Shown: piece after piece, positions 48,701 through 63,756 of the stretch | How the letters are laid out: the number at the start of each line of letters is the position of its first letter | Position numbering within the stretch: the first letter of the stretch is position 1 | Assembly: GCA_951406725.2 (NCBI GenBank) | Contig: OX597815.1 | Coordinates: 129,580,001 to 129,644,000 of the forward strand | Source: Octopus vulgaris | Lineage: Eukaryota | Length of the DNA: 64,000 nucleotides | Direction: 5' to 3' | Translations under genes and position numbers: made by a program | The notes under the pieces: model-generated | The model's database searches: none | What the model was told of the DNA's origin: nothing | Seen by the model: only the letters and a program-made list of their open reading frames with translations

Positions 48701-49916
48701 TCTGAACATGGTCAATGCCAGGTCTACCTGACTCGCTCCCATGCTGGTGGTACATAAAAAGCATCACCCAAATGTGGCCAATACAGTACCCGCTGACTGA
48801 CCCTGTGCCAGTGACATGTAAAAAGCACTATCCGAATGTGATTGATACCAGGCCTACCTAACTGGCTCCTGTGCCGGTGGCACGTAAAAAGCACCCACTA
48901 CATGCTTGGAGTGGTTGGTGTTAGGAAGGGCATCCAGCTGTAGAAACATTGTCAGATCAGATTGGAGCCTGGTGCAGCCGCTGGCTCTCCAAACCTAAGT
49001 CAAACCATCCAACCCATGCCAGCATGGAAAACAGATGTTAAACGATGATGATAATGATGACAGGTGAACAGAAAACACAGGTCACCAACTCTTCACTAGT
49101 TATCGGCCAGAAGGTCAAATGCAATTTCAGCCTTTATCAATAATATAGCTTCCACTCTGGAGGCACCGACAAGAAACTTGCTGAGAATGAGACCATTGGT
49201 GGATGGACGAGGGACAAAACAATAAACAAAATAAAGGCTTAGGACCACATGAAGTCAACAATTAATAATGGTAATACATGTACGAAAAAAAAAAGCCTTT
49301 GGGCTGTAAGACAAGACAAAAGTGGATAATGTGAAGGAGAAATGAAAACTGTCATAAAGGACTATAGACATGGGAGGAGAAGAGCAAGGAGCTCAGAAAA
49401 TCGTGACCAGTGCAGTTGAAGGAAATGTGAAAAAGAGTGTCAACACCTTAGGTTGTTACAGGTCATATGATAGTGGGAGGAGGGTAACAGAGAAAGAAAG
49501 GAAATTAAGAAGCAAAGTAAAGGAAAGAGACAGAGTGGCACAAAAATATTCTAAGAATATTTCTACAAATGGGTGTATATATCATCATCGTCGTCGTTTA
49601 ACGTCCACTTCCCATGCTGGCATGGGCTGGACAGTTAGACTGGCGAGCCAGAAGGCTGCACCAGGCTCCAATCTGATCTGGCAAAGTTTCTACAGCTGGA
49701 TGCCCTTCCACGAGGGCCAGTCAGGTGGCACTGGCAATGACCATGCTCGAATGTTGTTTTTCACGTGCCACCGGCATGGGAGCCTGTTGGTGGCCCTGGC
49801 AACGATCACACTTGGATGGTGCTTTAACATTCCAATAGCACAAGTGCCAATCAGGTGGTACTATCATCGGCCACGTCAGTGATTTTGATTTCATTTGCCT
49901 CAACAGGTTTTTGCAA

Positions 49917-49939
<23 letters not shown>

Positions 49940-49953
<14 letters not shown>

Positions 49954-50450
49954 TGTAGTTGTGTGAGTGTCTGTCCCCTTCGATTTAGATTCCTAACTAC
50001 TCCCACATTTTGCGGTGCAGTTTAACCAAATTCGGGTATCTTATAGTCGTGATTTATATCGAGCCCGTCTGAGTATTAGTGCGCGTCTACGATGAGTCTA
50101 CGATTTAAAAAATAATTTAACATCATTTTTTATTCCATTTTAATGCATAATTTTTCGTGTGTCGATGGCGGCGGAGTTGGCGTCCATGGTCACACCTGCA
50201 CCTGTTTGCTTCTCCCCCGTCTTCCCTCCCTCGTGAAGCTGTGGGGAAGGGAGTGTAAGGAAATCAACGTCGTAAAGCGTTGTCAAAGAGACCAGCGTTC
50301 TTTTAGAACAACGACTTCATGGCTTGAAGACACCAAAACAGAAATGGCTAAGAAAGCCCGAATTGGCATCTATAAGGGAAGTAACTCTCTAAAAATGCTT
50401 ATATAGTTATTTCCCTTACAAACCCGAGCAACGCCGGGCGATACTGCTAG
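49940..50450 (+). mobile_element. Non-autonomous Helitron inserted in (TA)n
   Basis: 3' end CTAG|T, preceded by the GC hairpin cccgagcaacgccggg; CpG-rich relative to its flanks. Confidence 0.75.
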
Positions 50451-50485
<35 letters not shown>

Positions 50486-50519
50486 ATATGTATATATACA
50501 CACACACACATATATAATA

Positions 50520-51226
50520 AAATTTGGTATAAGATAAAAATTTCAGATATTTGTCTTAAACATTCAGACAAGCAAATTCATAATTCAGATGTATGACATG
50601 AGATATTATTCCACTCAAATAACCACATATTTATATTAAGACATAGATGATAAGAATATAGAAATATAAGAATAAAAACTATAAGGAGTACTGTGAAAAT
50701 AAAAAATATAGTTAGAATAGATTAAAGGAGGCAATTGAAAGGATCAGTCCAAACCTACGGTTGTTTCAGAAAAGTTTTAAGGGGCTGTAGGAAATAATTC
50801 AAATTCAACTCCTTGTATAAAAACATATGAAGGATTGAAGTGTGCTTACAGGTTTATTTTCTGCAGTATCTTACTGGATTTTACCACAAGAAAGGAACCC
50901 TGAGTAAGGAAATGTTTTTATACAGGGAGTTGAATTTAGATTATTACCTACAGCCCCTTAAAATTTTTCTGAAATGGCCACAGGTTTGGACTGATCCTTT
51001 CAATTGCATCCTTTAATCTATTCTAATTATATTTTCTACTTTCACAGTACTCCTTATATTTTTTATGTTTATATTCTTATATTTCTATGTTTTTATCATC
51101 TATGTCTTAATATAAATATGTGGTTATTTGAGTGGAATAATATCTCATGTCATACATCTGAATTATGAATTTTCTTGTTTGAAAGTTTAAGACAGATATC
51201 TGACATTTTTATCTTATATCAAATTT
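50520..51226. repeat. Long imperfect inverted repeat (about 310-bp arms, 85-bp spacer)
   Basis: 50520-50826 is the reverse complement of 50912-51226. Confidence 0.9.
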
Positions 51227-54200
51227 AATTAACCTTTAGCTCATATATGAGCGAAAAAACAGTTGTACTATATACTGGAGCCTTATCTCCATTAAAATTC
51301 TCGAGTATATATATATATATATATATACATATATTGTGGAGGTGCATGGGTTAATGGTTACGGTGTTAGACTCATAATCATAAGATTGTAGTTTTGATTC
51401 CTGGGCCAGGTGACACATTGTGTTCTTGAGCAAAACACTTCATTTCATGTTGCTCAAGTCCACTCAGCTGGCAAAAAATGAATAGCCTTAATTGATTCTC
51501 ATCAGACGAGGCATCAACAGCAATTTGACTAATCCCATAGAAATAAGCTGCCAATTTGCTTCTATACGCAACAATTTCAATAGCTACAAATTTTTTGCAT
51601 ACTATTAGTATTAACATTTTATCTAATATCAGGGTCCTGACAATAGGGATCTCAATCCACACAGTATAAAGGTATGGTATAATACATGTAACCTATATAG
51701 TAAGTCTATAAACAGGGCTAGCATGTATGCATGTGCCTTTTTGTGTTTGTATTCAATCACTGCTGGACAACTGGTGTTGGTTTGTTTATGTCCCTGCAAC
51801 TTAGCAGTTTGGCAAAAGAGGCCAATAGAACAAGTACCACACTTAACAATTGGTACTAGGGTCAATTTGTTTGACTAAACCCTTCAAGGCAGAGTCCCAA
51901 CATTGTCACAATCCAATGACTGAAACAAGTAAAAGATTAAAGATAGAAGTTTGGTTTGCTAGAAATAGCAGCCATATCACAAGTTTTCATCTAAAAACTT
52001 AGGACATCTCGGTTAATGTAGTCTTAGCTCACACTGTCTAACAAAAAGATGTGATAGTATCAGCTGGAAGTCATTTGATGATAGCTCTGCTTAATCAGGG
52101 ATAACTTGGGGAGGTCAAACAATATTTATAAACCCAAATGTGTTCCAGTACAGATGCCATGAGTATTCATCTTTAGTCCTCATTTGAAAGCAATGATTTC
52201 TTTATAGACCCAGATCAAACATAAATATTGGTTTCGAATTTTGGCACAAGATTACATCAACCACCCCAAGTACTGAAATGGAACCCAAAATGATGAAAGG
52301 CACAGTTGACCTTAGTGGAATTTGAACTCAGAACGTAGTGACAGACAAAATGCCACTAAGCATTTTAGCCAACATGCTAATGATTCTGCCAGCTTGCCAC
52401 TTTAGAATCATACATAAATGTTCTTTTCTACTCTAGGCACAAGGCCCGAAATTTTTGGGGGAGGAGGCCAGTTGATTAGATCGACCCCAGTACTTAATTT
52501 ATCGACCCGAAAGGATGAAAGGCAAAGTTGACCTAGGAAGAATTTGAACTCAGAACGTAAAGACAGATGAAATACTGCTAAGCATTTTGCCCGGCGTGCT
52601 AACAATTCTGGATCAAACATAAATATTAGCAGAGGTTTTAAGCCCATCTTAATTATCTTTTATCTTTTAATTGTTTCAGTCATTAGACTGTGACCATTCT
52701 GAGGCACTGCCATGAAGAATTCTTTGTCAAATGAATCGACCCCAGTACTTATTCCATCGATCCTTTTTGCTAAGTCACGGGGACTTAAACACAGCAATGG
52801 TTGCAAAGCAATGGTGGTACATATACATGATGGGCTTCTTTCACAATCCACTCACAAGGCTTTGGTTGGTCTGACGCTATAATAGGAGACACTTGCCCAA
52901 GGTGTCACGCAGTGGGACTGAACCCAGAACCACGTAGTTGGGAAGCAGACTTCTTACCACACAGCCATGCCTGTGCCTATGGCATAGATATACATGAAAA
53001 TGAAATTATGATTAAGACAAAATTACAAACAAAAGATAAATATTAAGTAAATTAAACGAAAAAAATTAAATGCTTATAACATTAATGCACAATATGTGTG
53101 TGTGCATGTATATAGATATATAGAAGCACAGGAGTGGCTGCGTGGTAAGTAGCTTGCTTACCAACCACATAGTTCTGGGTTCAGTCTTATTGCGTGGCAC
53201 CTTGGGCAAGTGTCTTCTACTATAGAAGTCGAGGAAGTCCTGGGGCCGATTTCCTCAACTAAAGGCGGTGCTCCAGCATGGCCACAGTCAGATGACTGAA
53301 ACAAGTAAAAGAGTAACAGAGATATGAATATGTTCAACCCACACTAGCACTGAATGCAGAAATATGATGATGATGATGATGATGATGTGTGTGTATTGTC
53401 TGAGAAGAAAACATAAAAAGCTAACAGGAATCATGACAACAACAACAACAAACAGTTTCAAGCTAAACAAATCTAATCTCAGTCAAAGATAAGACGTGCC
53501 TCATCTTTTAAAAATTAATTGGAATATCAGCTCCTGATATGGTTAACGACCTATGCCGTATAATAGTAATAGAACTAAGTTCCAATTTGCTTAACAGTAA
53601 GTTTCATTTAATATGTTTGCAGGGTGCCAAAGCTTGGAGGTGAGTCTGGTAGCCAGTGCTGAGATACAGTACAGACTTCAGTGTTATCCGTTCTTCAAAT
53701 GTCAATTTGTAAAGAAAAGCAAAAACAACAAATTCTGCCTCAAGAAGGATGGGCAAAAGGAGAGGGAGAGAGAGAGAAAGAGAGATGAGTGATGGTGGTA
53801 AGAGGTTGGGTGGTTAAAAATGTGTTTTCTTTACAGAATTATCAAAACTTCTGCTAAGGTTAATGAAGAAATGATTGCTTTCTAATCAAGAGTTAAGATA
53901 AATGAGTAAAAAATATACATATACAAATAAAACGTGAGAAATCTTTGAGTTACTCTGCAGCACAAATATCACATATCAACCTTCAGCCGTCAGTGAAGTG
54001 GTAAAGTTTTGATCAGCCAAATACAAGAGCTATAGTTGATGTGTGGTAAAGGTTGCTATATTACTGACCATATGGTCATGAGTTCAAATACTGTTATAGC
54101 CATGTTGTGTATATTGATTGCTGGTAGGAACATTGTATTTCATTTTGCAATCATGATATACTACTAGCTATATCAAAGGTTTATACAATCACTTTTAACC

Positions 54201-54419
54201 TATCTCTCTTTTACTGGTTTCAGTCATTTGACGGCGGCCATGCTGGAGCACCACCTTTAGTCAAGCAAATCAGCACCAGGACTTATTCTTTGGAAGCCTA
54301 GTACTTATTCTACCGGTCTCTTTTGCCGAACCGCTAAGTTACGGGGATGTAAACACACCACCATTGGTTGTCAAGCGATGGTGGTGGTGGGACAATCACA
54401 GACGCACAAACACACACAC

Positions 54420-54452
<33 letters not shown>

Positions 54453-57400
54453 CAACAGGCGTTTTCAGTTTCCATCAACCAAATCCACTCACAAGGCTTT
54501 GGTCAGTCTGAGGCTATAGTAAAAGACACTTGCCCAAGGTGCCACACAGTGGGACTGAACCCGGAACCATGTGGTTGGTAAGCAAGCTACTTACCACACA
54601 GCCACTCTTGCGCCTATATAAATTCTCAAAAGTAGGATATAGTATTGACTTTTAAATACTTTAATATGTTTGGTAGTATATTAAGGTTGCTTAATTGAAA
54701 TAAGGTATCCCTATGAATAATTAATATGTATGCTGGCATGGGTTGGACAGTTTGACTGGGCTGGCACACTGGAAGTCTGTGCCAGGCTCCAGTCTGATTT
54801 GGCATGGTTTTCTACAGCTGGATGCCCTTCCTAATGCCAACTATTCCATTACACTCTCAGAGTGGTTGGTGTTAGGAAGGGCATCCAGCTATAGAAAACC
54901 ATGCCAAATCAGACTGGAGCCTGGCACAGCCTCCCAGCATGCCAACCCATGCCAGCATAGACAATGGACGTTAGATGATGACGATGATGATAATGATATG
55001 CTGTGTTTTAGAAGACCTATCAAGCCAAGTGAAATGGTAGTCGTAGCTGATGCTGGTGGTATGTAAAAAGCACCTTTTGAGCATTGGGCCTCACAGAGGC
55101 AATGACCAAAACTTTTGACATTATGCCATGATTGAGAAGAAGACCCATCAAGCCAAGCAAAAATCACAGTCATGGCAGCTACCGGTGTCACACAAATGGC
55201 ACCCATACAAGTGGCATGTAAAAGTACCCAATACATTCTCAGAGTGGTTGGCATTAGGAAGGGCATCCAGCCATAGAAACCATATCAAATCAGATTAGAG
55301 TCTGGTGCAGCCTTCTAGCTTGCCAGCCCCAGGCAAACCGTCCAGTACATGCCAGTATGGACAACGGATGTTAAATGATGATGATGATGATGTACCAGTT
55401 GCCAGGAATGTGTTTAATATGTAAATTGGTCTATACAATAGTGTTACACCAATAAACTTATTGGGTATTTAAGCAATGTGTTCTTGGATAGTTAATTGGT
55501 TGGATATGGTACTGAAGGAGCAAGAATTCTTGAAATATGTATACACATCTGTTACATATTTTTCTATCTTCAGTCACAAACGTATTAGTATATGAAGCAT
55601 CCTAACTGTCAGCGCTGGCTCTAAATTCTGTAGAAAATCTGTAGAAGTAACTTAGAAATGTTGCATATGTCACAGTAGAAGTCAAAATACCTTGTTTCAG
55701 TCTGTACACCAGACAGAATAGGTTCCTTGCCTCACTCCTGCTTCATAGCTGAGTTGAGTCATTAGAAAGAACAGCTGCTTCAATAATATACAACTACATT
55801 AATGTTCAAAAAACCTTTCTCCTCTTCTTTCAAAAATATAAATGTAAAAACAAAGTGTGTGTGTGTGTGGGGGGGGGGGAGAAGAGAGAGAATCAGGCCT
55901 GTTTTTGATGATCCTCATTGGCGTGTCTAGTTTGTGACACTTTGTTTTATGATGCAAGGTGTATGTCAGAAGATTTTTCTCAATTAACACCCAGTAGTTC
56001 AGTACAGCAATATGTAAATATTTATCTGTAGCAGCATCCTTTCTTTCCAATCTTCCTTGGAAACATATCCATCTATGTAGAAATATTACCTTACTTGGGA
56101 AAAAGTGAGGGTTGGCGACATGAAGGACATCCAACCATAGAAATCTGCCTCAGCAAATTCTATCTGATCCATGCAAGCATGGAAATGTGGACATTATGAT
56201 GATGATAATGATGGTGGTGGTGGTGGTGGTAGTAGTGTACTAGGAGTGAGAACAACTCATTGCCAAAATCAATGAAAGTATTTTGTAATTGGCAAGAATT
56301 TAATTACTTTGCAGGTACAAGTATGGTTCTGTGGTTAAGAAGTTTGCTTTGCAACCATGTGGTTTCAGATTTGTTTCCCCCCACCCCATCCATGGAGCAC
56401 TTTGGGCAACAGTCTTCCACTAAAGCCTTCAGCTTACCAACACCTTAAGAGTAAAATCTGCTAGATGGAAACTGTAGAGAAGCCGGTCAACAGTAAGGGT
56501 ATTGAGCCATAGAAAATGTGCCATAGTAAATATTGGAGCTTGGTGCAATTCTCTGATTCAGTGCATCATGTTGACTCATCCAGCCTTTGCCAACATGAAA
56601 GACGGATGTTAAATAATAATGATCACCATCATGATGGTGTGTGTGTACACATTTTAGACTGTTTATCATTGTGTTGACACTGCTTGACATTGTTTACGTC
56701 TCTTGTAAGCAGTATATCAGCAATTCAATGAAAATGCACAAAGATCTGACTTGCAAACAAGTAAAGATAGGCATCAGGAAAAGCATCCAGCCATAGAATA
56801 ATATTTCAAGAAGTTCTGTCCAACCCATGCCAGCATGGAAAAACATAAATTTAAAAACAAAACAGAACAAGCAATGTTAAGTTAGTCTTTCTTTCAAAAA
56901 TTAAAATATAAAAAAAAAAAAATGTAGGAAGGGCTATGTGGTCCACATGGTTTCGGGTTCAGTCCCATTGCATGGCACCTTGGGCAAGTGTCTTCTACTA
57001 TAGCCTCGGGCCGACCAAAGCTTTGAGTGGATTTGATAGACAGAAACTGAAAGAAGCCTGTCGTATATATGTACATATATATATGTGAGTGTGTCTGTGT
57101 TTGTCCTCCAGCATCACTTGACAACCAATGCTGGTGTGTTTACGTCCCCGTAACTTAGCGGTTCAGCGGAAGAGACCAATAGAATAAGTACTAGGCTTCC
57201 AAAGAATAAGTCCTGAGGTCGATTTTTCGATTGGCCACAGTCAAATGATGAATCAAGTAAAAGAGAGAGAGAGTGAGAGAGTATTAAGGAGAATATATTC
57301 CCTCATCCCTTTGACATTGTATAAAAATCAAAAAGCTTCAGACCCATTTTGCCTAATGAACAAAAATGCTTTGCAAAAATATTCTATGGGGTTAAAATTT

Positions 57401-59747
57401 GGTTTGGTTAATAGTCTCTTGCAATTCTTCTGATGCAGTGGGATTGAACTTGGAGCCATGTGATTTACCACACAGCCATGCCTTAAGATATTTTGGTTTT
57501 TAAGTTTTACTTTTATCTGCCAAACAGCTGACCATCTAGAGAATTGCAGGAGACTATTAACGAAACCAAATTTTAGTGGTATCTTCTCACCAAAGAATGG
57601 GTAAATGTCATCTACTTTAACCCCAGGCTGACCAGAGCATTGTCAGTAGATTTGGTAGACAGAAACTGAAAGAAGCCTACTGTAAATGTGTATGTGCATG
57701 TGTGTCTGTCCCCAACCACTGCTTGACGACTGCTGTTGGTTTGTTTAAGCCCCTGTAACTTAGTAGTTTGGCAAAAGAATAAGTACCAGGCATTAAAAAA
57801 AATGACTGAAACAAGTAAAAGATAAGGTATTTAATTTTAATTATTTTAATAGGCTGAATTGTATGGCTGAATGGGGAAAAATTTTGACTTAGAGCCTTAA
57901 AGCTTCTGGTTTTAATCACACCATGTGGCATCTTGGCCCAGTATAGTTTCTATAGTCTTGGATTGACCAATAATTTGTGAGAGAAACTGGGTACATGGAA
58001 ACTGTAAAGAAGCCCACTATATAAATTATGCCTGTATTTAAAAAAAAAATAGACTCATCATGCATTGTATCACATGGATTTCACCTGAGAATTATATTAA
58101 GTGGGATGACCAACTTCTTAACTGTTCATTCAAAGAGTAAATATTTTGGTTGGCCAAACATCTGAATCCTCATCATGAAAACTGACAAACATCCACCCAA
58201 TTGTTGGAGTTTTAAGTCGAAAATGATGTTAGGATCAATGCGGCTTATCATTCTTCTAAGATTGGTGAAACACGTTTTGGTCAGGACCTTGACAACTTGT
58301 GAACAATCACCAACACAAATCCTCTACACACTGCGGGTCAATGTGATGAATCGATATTGACAGCAGCTGTACAACAACAACAACAACACAAAATATTAAA
58401 ATGCAGCAGGATTATTAATTAATCTTTTCGAATGAGTTGCAAGACCAGTTTCACTGAAGAAAGTGTATAGTTGAAGCTCATCATCACCACCACCACCACC
58501 ACCATCATCATCATCATCTAATGTCCTTTTCCCATGCTGGCATGGACTGAATGGTTTGACAGAAGTTAGCAAGCTGGAGAGCCACACCAGGCTCTGGTTG
58601 TCTATTTTGACATTGTTTCTATGGCTGGAAGCCCTCGTGGTCAACAGAAAGACAGACAGAAAGACCTAGGATGCAGATAGAAAGGTTTTGGCAGACTACT
58701 TTCTCAGATGAACGATGCACACATACACACACAAAAACATATTCAGTTCTGACATATCACCTCCACAGATGTGCCCTGATTCTATTACTAGCAACTCGTA
58801 GCAGTTGTCAACAATTACATGTAGTGAGGAATATTGTATACCAAAGGCAAATGCAAGTACAGTAAATAAATTATTTTAATTATGAATTGATGTCATATTT
58901 TTGTTTACTTCAAAGGCATCCACATGCCTACCACATTAGTTCACCTTAACACATACTGATACACACTTAACCACTACACCCTTCTTAATGTCAACCATTT
59001 TACAGGGTGTGTTGGGTGCTTTTTTATGTGGCACCAACAGTTCCAATAAAAAAACCATTTGACCCATGCCAGCATTGCAAGCAGACATTAAACAATGATG
59101 GTAATATATATATATATATATATATCATCATCATCGTTTAACGTCCACTTTCCATGCTAGCATGGGTTGGACTATATATATATTTGATTATTGAGCTGTC
59201 TTTTTTTGTCTTTTTTGCTCTTCGTTGTCTCCCAATCCCATGTCACAAGGTTTGGAATGTTTTATTACATGTGTGAAGGTCAACTATATCTGTGATGACA
59301 AATCTAATTTACAATAGTAATTTACTAATGATTCTTCTGTTCCCCGCTTGTGTATATTTCTCATTGTCAGTTCTAAGCATTACTCACTTCCTTTATTACC
59401 AAACATTAAACAATCTCCCTGTATTATTTGTTCCACCTATGACCTTTGTCTTTTCTCCATGGAATTCTTCTCATTATATCCCTCCTGTTATTGTCCACTT
59501 AAACAAATATTTGAAAATTCTCATTATTCTTTTTAACCCTGACTTGCTACTTAGAATATGTTGATCTGAAAAGAAACACAAAGACAAAACATATAAAATG
59601 TAAACAAAACTTGATATTTCATTTTATTTCTTTTTAATGTTTGTCCCACCTGGTTTGGAAGCAAGCTTCTCCACCACAACCATGCCAGCACTAATATATA
59701 GAGAAACAAGGATGGACATGCAATAAAGAAAAGATTAGTGTACATAC

Positions 59748-59866
59748 GCGACATGAGGGAACGATTCCAGCTTGGATCCAATAGAAAGTAAGTTTATAGC
59801 TGCATGTACTTCATTGCGATCAGACGACAAGAATCCCTTCGCTAAGAATTGCACAATATTGGAATC
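59748..59866 (-). CDS. CIP2A: CIP2A orthologue exon (DSNIVQFLAKGFLSSDRNEVHAAINLLSIGSKLESFPHVA)
   Basis: ttttcag acceptor, gc|gtatgt donor, phase 0 to 2. Resembles recalled human [28 protein letters not shown]...DFPALV. Confidence 0.85.
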
Positions 59867-60004
59867 CTGAAAACATAATTAACTACATTTAGGAAATACT
59901 GAAATATATATTTTGGAGGCATGAAAAATACACGGGTTTGAATTGATTTAATGATCTAACATGATTTCAAAGATGTTCAGAAGTGCTTCTATCATCAATA
60001 TCTA

Positions 60005-60235
60005 TTTCTTTATTACCCACAAGGGGCTAAACACAGAGGGGACAAACAAGGACAGACATAGGTATTAAGTCGATTACATCGACCCCAGTGTGTAACTGGT
60101 ACTTATTTAATCGACCCTGAAAGGATGAAAGGTAAAGTCGACCTCGGCGGAATTTGAACTCAGAACGTAACGGCAGACGAAATACTACTGAGCATTTCGC
60201 CCGTCGTGCTAACATTTCTGCCAACTCGCCGCCTT
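60005..60235 (-). mobile_element. SINE family B
   Basis: Head ggcggcgagttggcagaaatgttagcacg...gagttcaaattccgccgaggtcgacttt. Copies at about 23615-24250, 24650-25075, 52225-52610, 62060-62275 and 62435-62660. Confidence 0.85.
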
Positions 60236-61267
60236 TTCTATCATCAATATCATTTAACGTCCGCTTTCCATGCTGACATGGGTTGGACAGTTTGACTGAA
60301 GACTGGCAAGCCAGGAGGCTGCACCAGGTTGCAATCTGATCTAGCAATGTTTCTACAGCTGGATGCCCTTGGTGCTTTTATGTGCCACCAGCATGGGAGC
60401 CAGTCAGGTGGCACTGGCATCGATCACGTTCGGGTGGTACTTTTTACATGCCACCGGCACAGGGAGCCAGTCAGGTGGCACTAGCATCAACCCAAGCTCA
60501 AATGGTGCGCTTATTATGTGCCACCAGCATGGGTGCCAGACAGGTGGCACTGACCACAACTACAATTTTGATTTCACTTGACTCAACAGGTCTTCTCAAG
60601 CACATATATCACCTGACGCTTCATGGGTACTTTTAAATGGGTCAGTCGTGCAACACTGGCATCGGCCATGGCTGTGATCTCACTTTACTTGCTGGGTCTT
60701 CCCAATCACTGCATATCTCCAAAGGTCTCAGTCTCTTGGAATTAAAAACTATTCTAAGACCCAAATGCTATAAAATACAGGGAATATGTTTAAGAGTTAG
60801 AATTCATTTGCAACAAATATTGAAGAAATAACTTTGAATTCCATGGTCTCTTTGATAAGAGATTTCTACAAAATTCTTGGGTTGAGTGTTGGTTTGTAAT
60901 TTAGTACTTTACCAAACACCAATAAAACAACTACAAAGTGAATATGTTACCTATTTTAAGCCAGACTATTTGAGTTTTAAAGACACAATATAAATTTCAA
61001 CAATGACAATGGTCACCATAATAATAATAATTATTATTATTATTGGTTGTTGCCAGTACCGCCTGACTGGCCCTCGTGCCGGTGGCACGTAAAAGCACCC
61101 ACTACACTCTTGGAGTGGTTGGTGTTAGGAAGAGCATCCAGCTGCAGAAACTCTGCCAGATCAGATTGGAGTCTGGTGCAGCCATCTGGTTCACCAGACC
61201 TCAGTCAAATCGTCCAACCCATGCTAGCATGGAAAGCAGACGTTAAACGATGATGATGATGATGATG

Positions 61268-61472
61268 ATTTATTTTGAGATACTCTGTGTTTCTTTCAAA
61301 TACTTTAAATATAACAAAGAATTTAATAAAATAACTTAGTTATCATTCAGCTAGTGTTAGGAACATAAATTGTGACTAAGGTTTGGTGGAAGATTTTAAT
61401 TCACAACTTATGAAGACAAGACATTTGTACTCAGAGTCAGAGCCAGTTTCAGCCGGGTTGGTAACGAAAGGG
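61268..61472. mobile_element. piggyBac-type MITE copy, left end lost next to an RTE tail
   Basis: ...GTAACGAAAGGG|ttaa; the body matches 34811-35030. Confidence 0.8.
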
Positions 61473-63054
61473 TTAATGTCCCTTTTCCAGGATATGTTGA
61501 GGTAGATTTTCTACAACCAGATGCCCTTCATGTTGCTAACCCTCACTTGTTTCCAGGTAATACAATATTTCCCTATGCCAGACATATTTTTCACGGAAGA
61601 CAGGAAATGAACAATATTGCTGCTATGACAATTATACTCACTTGCAACCATTACATGATGTCTAGATAAAGATAAACGCAAACACACACATACATATTCA
61701 GTTTCCATCTATCAAATTCACACACAAAACTTTGGTGGGCCCAAGCCTATAGTAGAAGATACTTGCCTATTGCTTGGTTTAACACCACCACAAGGTATTC
61801 CAGGTAACTTTAGTGAAGTCCATTCTGTTGCAAACATTCAGGACAAATTTCCAATTTGAGGATATATTCCTCTCTCCTTCCCTTCAGTGTTAGATACCCT
61901 GTAAAGAGTCACAAGTATTGCCTTCCCTTCTGATAAAAAGATAAAAAATAAAATGGAATCTTCCACAACCCTCATCTGTTTCCTAGCATGGTAGCAATTT
62001 CACCAAACCAGATTGTTGTTTTCACAGAAGATTGCCTAGGAACATCACCACCCATGTAATAGTTTCAAATTTTGGCACAAGGCTAGCAAATTTGGGGGAA
62101 AGGGGCAAGTTGATTACATCAAGCCTAGTTCTTGATTGTTACTTAATTTATCGACATCAAAAGGATGAAAGGCAAAGTTGACGCTTGTGGAATTTGCACT
62201 CAGAGTGTAAAGATGGACAAAACGTTGCTAAGCATATTGCCCAGCATGTTAACAGTTCTGCCAGCTCACTGCCTTCACCAGTCATGTAATGGTGATGAGT
62301 ATTTATACTTAGCATGAAATGTTAAGTCAAGAAGACACATAACACATCATGTACATACATTCTCTCTCTCTCTCTCTCCCTCTCCCTCCCAGTGTGAGTG
62401 TGTGTGGAGGGTGGTAGGCTTCTTTTCAGATTCTTATTTCTTTACTGCCCTCAAGGGGCTACACACAGAGGGGACAAACAAGGACAGACAAATGGATTAA
62501 GTTGATTACATCAACCCCAGTACATAACTGGTACTTATTTAATTGACCCCGAAAGGATGAAAGACAAAGTCAACCTCGGCGGAATTTGAACTCAGAATGT
62601 AGCAGCTGACAAAATACCACTAAGCATTTCACCCAGCCTGCTAATGTTTCTGCCAGCTACCGTATGCACTCACAGGCCTTTAGTTGGCCCAGCGCTACAG
62701 AGGACATTTGCCTAATGTTGCATACACACACACACAATGTATATATATGCATATACATACAGTGATATATATATATATATATTTGTTTGAATGTCAATTT
62801 CTCCAATGTATGCAATTGACAAGTCTGTAATATGATGAATTGTCATCAGTCTTGATCCAAGGAATCCCAACGTCCACGGATTAGCCTTCACTATATCTTA
62901 CCTTATCCTTTTCCATGAGCTCCTTTCATTGTCAGTGACTCACCACTTTTTTTCTCATTTGGTATTCATAGCCTCTTAACACAAGTCTATAACCACTAGA
63001 GTTGTTTTCCCTGCATACACTACTCAATACCTTTACTATGTATGTTGTGTATGG

Positions 63055-63756
63055 AATAGGGACAGCTGCATGAAAAAGTGTCACACCTTTGCAGTAGAGG
63101 GAACCTGTGGAAGAGGTAGACCCAGGAAGACCTCGGATGAGGGAGTAAAGCATGACTTTCAAACATTGGGCCTCAAAGAGGCGATGACAAGTGACTGAAA
63201 CTCTGGAGATATGCTGTGCTTGAGAAGACCCCGCAAGCCAAGTGAGACCATAACCATGGCCTATGCTAGTGCAGCATAACTGGCCCATTTAAGAGAACCC
63301 TTCAATCATTGGGCAATAAACTGTGCTTGCGAAGACCTGTTGAGTCAAGTGAAGTCATTGTTGTAGCCGATGCCAGTACCACCTGACTAACACCTGTGCC
63401 AGTGACAGGTAAAAAGCACCATTTAAGTGTGGTCGATGCCAGTGCCACCGGATTGGTTCCGTGCTAGTGACATGTAAAAAGCACCATCCAAGCGTGGCCG
63501 CTGCCAGTGCTACTCAACTGGCTACCATGCTGGTGACACATAAAAAGCACCATTCAAGTGAGGTTGATGCCCGTACCACCTGACTGGCCCCCATGCCAGT
63601 GGCATGTAAAAAGCACCCACTACACTCTCAGAGTGGTTGGCAGTGGGAAGGGCATCCAGCTGTAGAAACACCCTTCTGGTTTGCCAGTCCTCAGTCAAAC
63701 CATCCAACTCATGCCAGCATGGAAAGCAGATATTAAACGATGATGATGATGATGAT
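63055..63756 (+). mobile_element. RTE LINE 3' fragment with tandem-unit UTR and (GAT)n tail
   Basis: gagggaacctgtggaagaggtagacccagg (EGTCGRGRPR) followed by the same UTR. Confidence 0.85.
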
